From assembly GCA_051439605.1 (NCBI GenBank), contig JBFRWN010000003.1:1-38673 (forward strand): a DNA stretch of 38,673 bases, written 5' to 3'. The notes beneath the pieces were generated by a model, which saw only the letters and a list, made by a program, of their open reading frames with translations, was not told the DNA's origin and ran no database searches. Positions within the stretch are counted from its first letter, which is position 1. Every line of letters begins with the position of its first letter. This document shows positions 18,523-27,409 of the stretch, in pieces. The DNA comes from Synechococcus sp. Its GTDB lineage: Bacteria > Cyanobacteriota > Cyanobacteriia > Thermostichales > PCC-7336. The position numbers and the translations under genes are program-made.

Positions 18523-19528
18523 CTACAGGTGACATGTCTTTGCACGAGAAAAGACATGATGCCAAGAGTCCAGGAATACAACCTCATCCCAAGGTCGTGC
18601 GATCGGGAGATGTCCATATGGTGCTGAAATTGTCCAGGAAATTTGTGAATAGCCTAACCAAGTGCCACCTACCCTCCATTTTGTTTGATCGCCAAACCGG
18701 CCCCATACATCGTAGTCAGCTTCAGGACTCCCTCCCACCTTCTCCCAAATTTTCTTCTGAACGCTAAACCCAAAACGACCTTCGGAATAGTTCACCCATA
18801 GTTGGTCTATGGTTCTGAGATCTTCACAAGGAAACCCGTCGCTGGATCTCCTATCTAACCAACCCTCTTTTTCACGTTTAGCCACTGCCACCATGACGCG
18901 AAGCGTTTCTTGGTCAGCGTCCTTCCATTTTCCAGCGCTCAGCAAGTCTCTCAATTTGCCATAGTCCATCCCAACCGCAGAAAGCAAGTTCTACCTCAGT
19001 TTGAACGGGACTCGGTGCCTCTACCCGAACGGTTTCCCTCTGGCTCTCTTTCGTTTGCTTGTGTCGATCCGAGCGCGAATCGCGCGCAACCTGCACTTGT
19101 CTGCGGGAAGGCTTTTTCCCCGTAACCCCCCAAATCAATCGCTCCATCGGGTCGGGTCGTTGCCGCCGAAAATCCACCCAAGTATTGTTCTTCAAAAAGA
19201 TTGGTAAGTCGGGCCGTTTCGGGGCGTTTGCCAAGATCACTGGAATCACCGGACATCCCCGGCGGACAAACTCGTTCAAAAACGCACGAATTTCTTGCCG
19301 TTGCCAAGGTCCAATGCCGCTATTGCCTACAAATACTGCTGCCGCAGCAATGCTCTCAATCTGCTTTTCTAACGCATCAATCCAAGACAACCCCGGACGC
19401 AATTCCCACTCATCCAACCATGGCCGCAAACCGCCACTTTCCAATCGCTCCGCAATATCGATAACAGCATCCTTGTCCTCGCTGTTATGGCAAAGAAACA
19501 CATCAAACTCGGCATCATTTACATGCAA
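18523..19528 (-). pseudogene. TIR-GUN4 domain protein split by a 1-nt frameshift near 18985
   Basis: ORF 18914-19528 is TIR_2 (FDVFLCHNSEDK, WLDEWELRPG, GPWQRQEI, VIPVIL). ORF 18523-18987 is GUN4 (DY.KLRDLL..GKWKDADQET, PCEDLRTIDQLW..YS.GRFGFSVQK.IW, AP.GHLP). Removing one base in GAA CTT G CTT TCT joins them as ...EVELLSAVGMDY. Confidence 0.8.
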
Positions 19529-19640
19529 TCTCGCCCGCAGCCGTTGTATAAGATTCTATTGCTAACCGCCCACCACTGGCTGTTTCCATCCGTCAGCTAC
19601 GATAGAGGCCGACAGATCGAGGAAGAACTGGCCTTTAGCA

Positions 19641-19910
19641 ATGCTAGGAGACACCCTTAACCTGCAGGCGAAAAAGGACTATCTCAAAGAGGAGATAGAT
19701 CGACTCGACGAAGAGCAACTGCAAAAAATACAGGATTTAATTACCCAGCTAAAAACGCAGCCTCACCCATCTGCTCGAGAAGTCCCCTTTTGGCAACATG
19801 CAACCCCCCCAGAGCGCGCCCAAGACCTACAAAAATGGACCTCTCAACTCCCTCAAAACTCCCCAAGTCTCCCCGACGAAGCCTTTGACCGCAGCACTAT
19901 CTACGACTAG
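19641..19910 (+). CDS. putative antitoxin of type II TA pair
   Basis: 89-aa protein ending LPDEAFDRSTIYD. Its TAG overlaps the GTG start of a PIN gene. Confidence 0.8.
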   Translation: MLGDTLNLQAKKDYLKEEIDRLDEEQLQKIQDLITQLKTQPHPSAREVPFWQHATPPERAQDLQKWTSQLPQNSPSLPDEAFDRSTIYD

Positions 19911-20383
19911 TGACGAAATACCTACTGGATACCAACGTTGTCCTACGCCTTTGCAACGCAGCCGATCGCAAGTACAAACTAGCCACCCAAGCAGTCGCCA
20001 CTTTGCTGATTCAGTCAGACGAATGTTATTTGACTGCACAAGTGCTGATGGAACTGTGGGTAGTAGCCACACGCCCAGCTTCTTCGAACGGTTTGGGATG
20101 GACTGCCCAACAAACCCATGACGTTATCGCCAAACTTCTCGATCGCTTCCCAACCGCAGAAGAAACACCGAAGATTTTCCCCACTTGGTTGGATCTCGTT
20201 ACCGAAACACAAGTCATTGGGAAACGTGCTCACGATGTCCATCTTGTTGCCACGATGTTTGCCTGCGGCATCGATCGCTTACTAACCTTCAATCCCAGTG
20301 ATTTCAATGGCATTCCAGGCATCACAGTTGTAGAACCGAGGACTATTGTTGATTCAGATAAAACGTCAACCAAAATCGACTAA
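19910..20383 (+). CDS. PIN-domain (VapC-like) toxin
   Basis: YLLDTNV, ELW, AHDVHLVA and LTFNPSDF acidic PIN motifs. Translationally coupled to the upstream small gene. Confidence 0.9.
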   Translation: MTKYLLDTNVVLRLCNAADRKYKLATQAVATLLIQSDECYLTAQVLMELWVVATRPASSNGLGWTAQQTHDVIAKLLDRFPTAEETPKIFPTWLDLVTETQVIGKRAHDVHLVATMFACGIDRLLTFNPSDFNGIPGITVVEPRTIVDSDKTSTKID

Positions 20384-20420
20384 ACTCATCAGCGGTGTTG
20401 CCCCAGAGTCCTAACCCCTC

Positions 20421-21422
20421 GTGAGAAAGCTCTACTTCCTCCTGCCGGGAACCACCCCACCCTTCGGTGGCGGCGGCCTCTGGATAGAACTGAAAATTGC
20501 ACAGCTAGCCCGCCAGTACTGCGACGTCGACATCGTCACCTACCGCCAGCGAGAACCCGATCGCCCCTTCCTAGACGATCTCCTGAAAGGGACAGTGGAG
20601 GATAACGCCAGCATTTTCGTCATCAGTTGGGGCTTCGACATCAAACAACTCCTGCAGCGCCTCGGCGATCGCCATATCGTCTACCACGCCCACAGCACCG
20701 GCTACCCCTTCACCCTGCCTGTCCGCGTCCCGATTGTGGCTGTTAGCCGCAACACCCTCGGCTACTGGGGCCGAAAATCCCCCAACTCGCCACTGTTTTA
20801 CGTCCCCAATCCCATCGGCGATGAATTCCGCGATCGCCACCAAGCACGCGACATTGACGTTCTTGTCCAAACCCGCAAAACCTCCAGCTACGCCCTCAAC
20901 GATCTGGTACCCGCCCTGCAAAATATCTGCCGCGTCCAACTGCTCGATCGCTACGTCGAAGACCTTGCCGGTCTGTTTAATCGCTCCAAAGTCTACCTGT
21001 ACGACTCCGCAGAATATTGGGTCGTCAACGGCGTCACCGAAGGCTTCGGCCTGCCACCCCTAGAAGCCATGGCCTGCGGCTGCCAAATTTTCTCCAGCGT
21101 CAACAGCGCCCTAGCCGACTACCTCGACCCCGGCGTCAACTGCCAAAAAATCGCCGTCTATTCCCTCGACTACGATCTGCAGCGCATCCAGCAAGCGGTG
21201 TCGGGGGAACGAGCGATCGCCGTTGACCCCAGTTTCTTCGAGCCTTACCGAGATGGGGCCGTTTCCAAAAAACTGCAGCAAGCCCTGATCGAGTTGAATC
21301 AGTTCTTCGACCACCGCCATCGCTATCCGGCCTCGTTACCCCAACTCACCTATTGGCGGCTGCAGCAATTGTGGTGGAAGCAAACATGGCGGAAGATACA
21401 GAAGAAATTGCTTCGGAGTTAG
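20421..21422 (+). CDS. glycosyltransferase (GT-B, family 4-like)
   Basis: GGG near the N-terminus and the EGFGLPPLEAMACGC signature. Confidence 0.9.
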   Translation: MRKLYFLLPGTTPPFGGGGLWIELKIAQLARQYCDVDIVTYRQREPDRPFLDDLLKGTVEDNASIFVISWGFDIKQLLQRLGDRHIVYHAHSTGYPFTLPVRVPIVAVSRNTLGYWGRKSPNSPLFYVPNPIGDEFRDRHQARDIDVLVQTRKTSSYALNDLVPALQNICRVQLLDRYVEDLAGLFNRSKVYLYDSAEYWVVNGVTEGFGLPPLEAMACGCQIFSSVNSALADYLDPGVNCQKIAVYSLDYDLQRIQQAVSGERAIAVDPSFFEPYRDGAVSKKLQQALIELNQFFDHRHRYPASLPQLTYWRLQQLWWKQTWRKIQKKLLRS

Positions 21423-22327
21423 ATCGATTGGCGATCGCCCTTCAGACACCTCAGCCCATCTCAAAAATCCCCATCCGTCCCGCTCGGGAGTCAGATAAAG
21501 ATGCAGTGATAGAGTTTTGCCGCACCACCTGGGACGACCAAGAGGACTACATCGGCAGCGTTTGGGATCGCTGGCTAGCAGAGGATGGCGGTGCGATGCT
21601 GGTGGCTACGCTGGATGGGATGCCTGTGGGCATTGGACGCGGGCTGATGCTAAGCGATCGCGAAGCTTGGTTAGAAGGTATTCGAGTTGACCGCCGCTAT
21701 CGCCGCCAGGGAATTTTCCGTCAACTTGAAACCAAATTGTACGAGCACCTGCTGCAGCGAAATGCCCGAGTATGCCGCATCTGCATCGCCTCCAACAACG
21801 CAGTCATGACCGCGATCGCCCGCCGTTCCGGCTACCGGGCTGTTACCGCCTACTCCATCTATTCCGCCCCTGCCATTGCCGAACCCACCCGTTTTCTATT
21901 TCTCAGTACGCATTCCGAACGGGAACAGTGGAGCGATCGCCGACCTACCCCTCCTCTGTATGTTTGTCGAGGGGCCAAATGGCAGACCCTAACCCCCATC
22001 CAATTGGCGGAGCTAGTCCAACGAAATCGACTGTGGAGCTTTCGCCAGAATGGGGAATCAACAGGACTATTCGTACAAAGCGAAATGGAAACCCCCGATG
22101 GCAGCCTGTGGGTAGGTCACTGTGACGTATGGGCTAAAGACTCAGGTGCCTTTTATAGGGAACTGCGTTGCTTGAGCGATCGACTCGGTTTTAAACAGGT
22201 ATCCGGCTTCTTCCCCACTGACGCCATCACCCATAAAGCTTTGCTGAATGCTGGATATCAAGAAGTCATCTCCTTCCAATACATTCTCTACGAGCGCCAA
22301 CTTGATGAACCAGTTGTGAAAACATGA
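21386..22327 (+). CDS. GNAT-family N-acetyltransferase
   Basis: IRPARESD and the acetyl-CoA motif WLEGIRVDRRYRRQGI. Start uncertain (ATG 21386 overlapping the GT gene, or TTG 21428). Confidence 0.85.
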   Translation: MAEDTEEIASELDRLAIALQTPQPISKIPIRPARESDKDAVIEFCRTTWDDQEDYIGSVWDRWLAEDGGAMLVATLDGMPVGIGRGLMLSDREAWLEGIRVDRRYRRQGIFRQLETKLYEHLLQRNARVCRICIASNNAVMTAIARRSGYRAVTAYSIYSAPAIAEPTRFLFLSTHSEREQWSDRRPTPPLYVCRGAKWQTLTPIQLAELVQRNRLWSFRQNGESTGLFVQSEMETPDGSLWVGHCDVWAKDSGAFYRELRCLSDRLGFKQVSGFFPTDAITHKALLNAGYQEVISFQYILYERQLDEPVVKT

Positions 22328-22367
22328 TTCCCAGCAGACATTCTTGCTTTGTCTCGATCTCTAGAAA

Positions 22368-23846
22368 CTAAGATTCCACCGAAGCAGGCTCCGTATCCTC
22401 ATCTTCTAAAATAGGCTTCTCCTCCGTCTCCTTAGACGTCGCCACCACCTCAACCTGAATCCGATCCAACCGAGGCCCATCCACCCCGACCACCGTAAAA
22501 ATCACGTTGTCGTAAACAAAGGTCTCGTTCAGCTTGGGAATTTTCTGCATGTGGAAAATCAAAAAGCCCCCCAGCGTTTGATAGTCATCCTGTACGGGCA
22601 ACTCCAGATTGAGCTCCTCGTTCACCTCATCCAGATCCACCTGAGCTTGCACCAGATGCGTGCGATCGCCAACCTGCAAGAACTCCGCTTCATCCTCCGC
22701 AATCTCATCATCCGAGATGCGTCCAAAGATTTCCTCCACCAAATCCCGCACCGTAATCATGCCAGCGGTGCCGCCAAACTCGTCCACCACCATCACTAGA
22801 GGAATCCGTTCCTCCTGCATGGTAGCCAACAGTTCACCCACTTTTTTTTGTTCGTGCTCGAAATGAGCCGGGCGAATAAATGGAGCGATGGGACTGTCCA
22901 ACGTGCATCGCTCCTGACCCAGCGCCCCCACTACATCTTTCACCTGCACCATGCCGGTAATCGTGTCCAGCGATTCCCCAATGATGGGATAGCGAGAATG
23001 ACTCGATTCCTCTACCTCCAGTAACAGCTCCCGCACCGTCGCTGTTTGGGGGATAGCGTGAACGCTCGTGCGCGGAATCATCACTTCGCTGGCAATTGTG
23101 TCACCAAACTCAAACACATTCGCCAATAAAGTACTTTCCTCCTCCTCTAAACTGCCAGACTTACTAGAAGAGGCGATCAGCAGCTGAAGTTCTTCAGAGG
23201 TCACTGCATCAATCAATGCAGCCGAGTCGGGAACGGGAATTCGCAGCAGGCGAAATAGCAGATTGGAGGACCAATGGAGCAGTCCGATGAATGGTTTCAG
23301 CACCATTTTGGCGGTACTGCTCAGGCCAATCAGTCGGAGCGAGGTGGCTTCAGCATAAATAATGGCTAAGGTTTTTGGCAGCAATTCCCCAAGCAGAACC
23401 TGAAGGTAAGTCAGCAGAGCAAAGGTGGCTATTGTGGCGATCGCCCCCATTTCCCCTGGAAATGCCCCCAAGATTTTGCTCAGCCAAGTCACCCGAGCAA
23501 TACCCGTACAAATCAAGGGCGAAACCTGAACTGCCCCAATCCAACCCAGCCCCAAGCTAGATAGGGTAATGCACAGCTGTGTGGTGGATAAAAACTGCCG
23601 CAGTTGCTCCTGCTCTTTCTGCACTAACCTCGCGCTGGCGTTGTTTTCGCTCACCAGTTGGGCAATGCGCGATCGCCGCACGGAAACAATGGCAAACTCT
23701 GCGGCCACAAAAAAGGCGTTGACCAGCAGTAAAAAAGACACCCACAGGATGGGAACCCAAATCGCACGTTCGACAGCAAGTTCGGCGGTGGTGGTATCGG
23801 CGGCAGCGACAAACAGCGCTGCCAGCAATGATGGAGGCTCTCCCAT
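22368..23846 (-). CDS. hemolysin/CNNM-family protein (DUF21 + CBS pair + CorC/HlyC)
   Basis: NAFFVAAEFAIV, LGELLPK, EVMIPR, HSRYPI, VVDEFGGTAG and YQTLGGF motifs. Confidence 0.95.
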   Translation of the reverse strand: MGEPPSLLAALFVAAADTTTAELAVERAIWVPILWVSFLLLVNAFFVAAEFAIVSVRRSRIAQLVSENNASARLVQKEQEQLRQFLSTTQLCITLSSLGLGWIGAVQVSPLICTGIARVTWLSKILGAFPGEMGAIATIATFALLTYLQVLLGELLPKTLAIIYAEATSLRLIGLSSTAKMVLKPFIGLLHWSSNLLFRLLRIPVPDSAALIDAVTSEELQLLIASSSKSGSLEEEESTLLANVFEFGDTIASEVMIPRTSVHAIPQTATVRELLLEVEESSHSRYPIIGESLDTITGMVQVKDVVGALGQERCTLDSPIAPFIRPAHFEHEQKKVGELLATMQEERIPLVMVVDEFGGTAGMITVRDLVEEIFGRISDDEIAEDEAEFLQVGDRTHLVQAQVDLDEVNEELNLELPVQDDYQTLGGFLIFHMQKIPKLNETFVYDNVIFTVVGVDGPRLDRIQVEVVATSKETEEKPILEDEDTEPASVES

Positions 23847-24064
23847 CGGGGGATATGTATTAGAGATTAGAGGATGGAATGCATTCTAACCCAAAGCTGT
23901 TGCTATCTCAGCTTGGTCGGTAATCTAGGTAGGGGGCCGAATCGCCGAGATGTCTTCAGGGGCTTGGCGATCGCCTTTTGAGGCATTCAGTCTTGCATCT
24001 TGATTGAAAATTGCAGTTCGCTATTGATATGGGCAACCAAGTATGGGCAACAAACACCGCACAT

Positions 24065-24922
24065 CTAAACTCGGCCAGCCCACAAGTCGGTCGTTTCCCG
24101 TAAGCTCACAAATTTCCCGCCCCCCAAAATAATGTGATCCAGCACCGGAATATCCAGCACTTCGCTGGCATCCAGTAGCTGTTCTGTCAGATGCAAATCT
24201 TCGCGGCTGGGGTCTAGCATCCCCGATGGGTGATTGTGAGCCACTAAAATATGGCTGGCACCCTGCCGAATCGCTGCTTTGAAGGTTTCCCGCGGGTGGG
24301 ATAGCGTTTCTGTGGCCGTGCCTTTGGTGGCAATGACCTGGCCAATGAGGCGATTTTTGATATCTAGCAAGATGACCCCAAAATGCTCTTGCTCTGCCCA
24401 CATCATGTCTGCACTAAACACCGATGCTGCCACAGCAGGGGAGTCCACCAGCGTGCGATCGCTCGGACGGGCCAAAAACACCCGTCGCCCCAGCTCAATC
24501 GCCGCCAAAATGGTTGCTGCTTTAGCCGGACCCACTCCATCGACGCGCATCAGTTCCGCTGCTGCCACATCCCGTAAACGACCGAGGGGATCGGCCCCGT
24601 GATGACCGAGGTGATTCAGTACAAGTTGTCCTAACCCCACTGCAGACAGCTTGCCTGCCCCCTGGCCCGTATTGAGCAGCAGAGCGAGCAGTTCCGCACT
24701 GGACAAATGATGGGCCCCGCAAGCTAGCAAGCGCTCGCGGGGCCGCTCTCCACTGGGAATATCCGCTATACGCAGGGAGTAAACGCTGTTCTGTTCCGGG
24801 GGGTTTGGGGTTTGCTCTCCTTCACCATTGCTTGAGTCAAGATGGTTTGAGTCAAGAGGGTTTGAGGTGGATTCGCTAGCGGTACGGTGAGTCGTTGGGG
24901 AAGAAGAGCGAGTAGAAGGCAC
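24065..24922 (-). CDS. radC: RadC/JAB-domain protein
   Basis: [15 protein letters not shown], HhH GVGPAKA and JAB motif HNHPSG...PSRED...LDHII. Exact start uncertain. Confidence 0.95.
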   Translation of the reverse strand: MPSTRSSSPTTHRTASESTSNPLDSNHLDSSNGEGEQTPNPPEQNSVYSLRIADIPSGERPRERLLACGAHHLSSAELLALLLNTGQGAGKLSAVGLGQLVLNHLGHHGADPLGRLRDVAAAELMRVDGVGPAKAATILAAIELGRRVFLARPSDRTLVDSPAVAASVFSADMMWAEQEHFGVILLDIKNRLIGQVIATKGTATETLSHPRETFKAAIRQGASHILVAHNHPSGMLDPSREDLHLTEQLLDASEVLDIPVLDHIILGGGKFVSLRETTDLWAGRV

Positions 24923-24928
24923 AGTAGG

Positions 24929-25474
24929 TTAGCTGACCTGTAGAGACTTAGCTACCTCGTAAAATGCCCCTTTTACGGTGTTCCAACGTCGTTCGGAGGT
25001 AGATGCAGTGAGGGTGTAGAGCTTGTGCCGCTTGATGGTGACCGCCACCATATCGTGGCGGGGCATTCCGTCAGCATCCAAGGTGTACTCGAAGATGTAG
25101 TACATTTGGCCGTCGCGATCGATGCTGCCGCCATTGACCAATGTGGCGGTGCGACCCGAGCCTTCAGGAGCAAGTAGGTTATTGGCAACACGCTCGCCCA
25201 CTTCGGGGATACTGCCTAGCCCATCAATGGTGTCTGCTTTGTCATAATCGGCCACGGTCAGATCCACCAGTTCATCGCCGTAAACCAAATCGCGAAACAG
25301 GATGGACTGGCCGGTATTGCTGGGGGCAGCCGCCACCTGGTTCATGCCATTGGGGTATGCAAATGTGAAGAGTCCAGAGCGATCGGTGTAAGTTTGCAAT
25401 CCAGCTTTCGCGGAGCAGCCCCCCACAAAGATAATTAACGTTGCCAAAATTCCGGCAATGGCGCGTCGCAGCAT
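24929..25474 (-). CDS. psbP: photosystem II extrinsic lipoprotein PsbP (CyanoP)
   Basis: From ATG 25474: lipoprotein signal ending VGGC, plus F.YPNG, FRDL, YY.FEY, RH and LYTL.AST.E.RW motifs. Confidence 0.88.
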   Translation of the reverse strand: MLRRAIAGILATLIIFVGGCSAKAGLQTYTDRSGLFTFAYPNGMNQVAAAPSNTGQSILFRDLVYGDELVDLTVADYDKADTIDGLGSIPEVGERVANNLLAPEGSGRTATLVNGGSIDRDGQMYYIFEYTLDADGMPRHDMVAVTIKRHKLYTLTASTSERRWNTVKGAFYEVAKSLQVS

Positions 25475-25694
25475 GTGTCCTCTGCTCCTGTGTCTGCGTG
25501 TCTTCATGTATTGTTGCATTCCTCGACCGAATCCGCAGAATTCTCCCGGGTCTAGCACGCTCGGGAGTTGCGGTTTCAAGAGCCACTCCAAACCCAACGC
25601 ACAAAAAAATACGGGGGACTTACCTCTCTTGCCTGATTGCAAGCGGAACGCCGAGTCAATCGATCTTCGAAGCCACTCCTGCGAGAAATGGTCT

Positions 25695-27341
25695 CTATCC
25701 GATCGAGTGAGAAGGACTCGGCTGGCGAATTTTTTGGGCGTAGAAAGAGGCTTCGTCAATTCCTCGGGCGCATTCCGCCGCAAATTCAATCAGGTGGTGC
25801 CCGACCAAACCAATGTGAATCAAGCTTTCAATTTGTCCCTGTCGCAAAGCAGGCATGGCCATCTGCCAAAAGGTTTGGCGATAGCGCCCGAACATGCCCA
25901 CCCGAATCAAGATATTAGCCAGGTACGATACCCCCTTGCGTATATTGGCTGCTGAAGTGCGGGCTGGGCTATTGGGGACTTTGATTCGATTGGGGTAGGT
26001 ATTCTTAATCTGATAGGCAAATCGCTCGTACAAAAACTCTGGAGCATAAGCGGTAGTGATGCAGGCGCGCCACATCTCCAGTACCTGTTCGTAGGGCATG
26101 AGAAATTCTACGTTCGATTCGCGTTCCCCCTGCTCTAGCAATCGCCCCTCTTGTTCCAGTCGTCGCCACAGGGGGGTGCGGGGCAACGCATGTAGCAGGT
26201 TAATCGTCAGCATGGGAATATGCGACTGTCGAATAAACTCCAGAATGCGATCGCCGGTCTTTGGCGTGTCGGTATCCAGGCCCAAAATGATGCCGGAAAC
26301 CACCTCCATGCCGTAGCTATTCAGGATTTTGACAGCTTCTAAAATTGGCAAACTCAGGTTTTGCTGTTTAGAGATTGACTTCAGGGCATCCGGCTCGGGG
26401 GTCTCAATGCCGCAAAACACCGTGCAGAAATATGCTTCTCGCATCATTGCTAAGAGTTGTGGGCTCTGGGCCAAGTTGAGTGTGGCCTCGCAGGCAAACT
26501 GAATTGGGTAGCCATTGCGCTGTTGCCACTCAATCAAGTGGGGCAATAAGTCCATTGCTGCCTTGCGATTGCCCACAAAATTATCGTCCACAAAATAAAC
26601 GGCTCCGGGATGTTTTTCCGGGGCCACGATCTTGTCCAGTTCGGCAATTATCTGTTCGGGGGTTTTGAGGCGGGGATTGCGGCCGTAGAGTTCGGGAATA
26701 TCGCAAAACTCGCAGCGGTAGGGACATCCGCTGGAATACTGCACGTTGGCAATAAAGTACTGACCGAAATTGAGCAGATCGTAAGCCGGGATCGGGAATT
26801 CAGAAAGGGGGGTACGCACTTGGGTTTCGAATCGAATTTGCTGTGCGGGACGAGACAGCTTTTTATCGATGTATTGAATGACCCGATCGGTGGCATCCCC
26901 TAGCTCCCCCAAATGCAAGAGGTCGAAATCCGGATAGTAATCCGGACAACCGGACACTGAAGGACCCCCCAGCACGGTGATTTTGTCCTCGCGATGGGCC
27001 AGCTCGTTAATCCGATTGATTTGAGGCCGCTGGATGTGCATGCCGCTAACGATGACGGCATCCGCCCAGCGGTAGTCCGCCCGTGCCGCAGGTCGAATAT
27101 TTTCGTCGATAAACCGGACTTCCCAATCATTGGGAAAGTAGGCCGCCACGATCAAAATCCCCTGCGGAGGCATAAAGGCTTTGACTCCCATGAGGGGATA
27201 AGCGTAGTGTAAGGTTCCGAAGGAACGGGCGTATTTGGGGAAAATGCAGAGAATCCGTCGATGGTGTTTGGGCTGATAGGGGGTGGTGCGGTGGGTGGCT
27301 GCCGGATCGGGAGACAAGAGCGAGGGTTCGAAGGCAGGCAT
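25695..27341 (-). CDS. hpnP: B12-dependent radical SAM hopanoid C-2 methylase
   Basis: RRILC.FP.Y..SFGT...YPLM...AFMPPQG, SGMHIQR, GGPSVS.CPDYYP and CPYRCEFC(DIP.LYGRNPRLKTPEQI) motifs, matching HpnP as I recall it. Confidence 0.85.
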   Translation of the reverse strand: MPAFEPSLLSPDPAATHRTTPYQPKHHRRILCIFPKYARSFGTLHYAYPLMGVKAFMPPQGILIVAAYFPNDWEVRFIDENIRPAARADYRWADAVIVSGMHIQRPQINRINELAHREDKITVLGGPSVSGCPDYYPDFDLLHLGELGDATDRVIQYIDKKLSRPAQQIRFETQVRTPLSEFPIPAYDLLNFGQYFIANVQYSSGCPYRCEFCDIPELYGRNPRLKTPEQIIAELDKIVAPEKHPGAVYFVDDNFVGNRKAAMDLLPHLIEWQQRNGYPIQFACEATLNLAQSPQLLAMMREAYFCTVFCGIETPEPDALKSISKQQNLSLPILEAVKILNSYGMEVVSGIILGLDTDTPKTGDRILEFIRQSHIPMLTINLLHALPRTPLWRRLEQEGRLLEQGERESNVEFLMPYEQVLEMWRACITTAYAPEFLYERFAYQIKNTYPNRIKVPNSPARTSAANIRKGVSYLANILIRVGMFGRYRQTFWQMAMPALRQGQIESLIHIGLVGHHLIEFAAECARGIDEASFYAQKIRQPSPSHSIG

Positions 27342-27409
27342 TGCAATTCCAGAACGGTAGGTAAAGTTCTTTGTTAATGTTGTGCCGAGGTGATGTTGCG
27401 CTGAGTGTC

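Noticed and set aside
25475..25789. Long N-terminal extension of psbP, or an RNA gene between hpnP and psbP
   Set aside because: The extension overlaps hpnP and precedes a good lipoprotein signal; no tRNA-like fold is visible.
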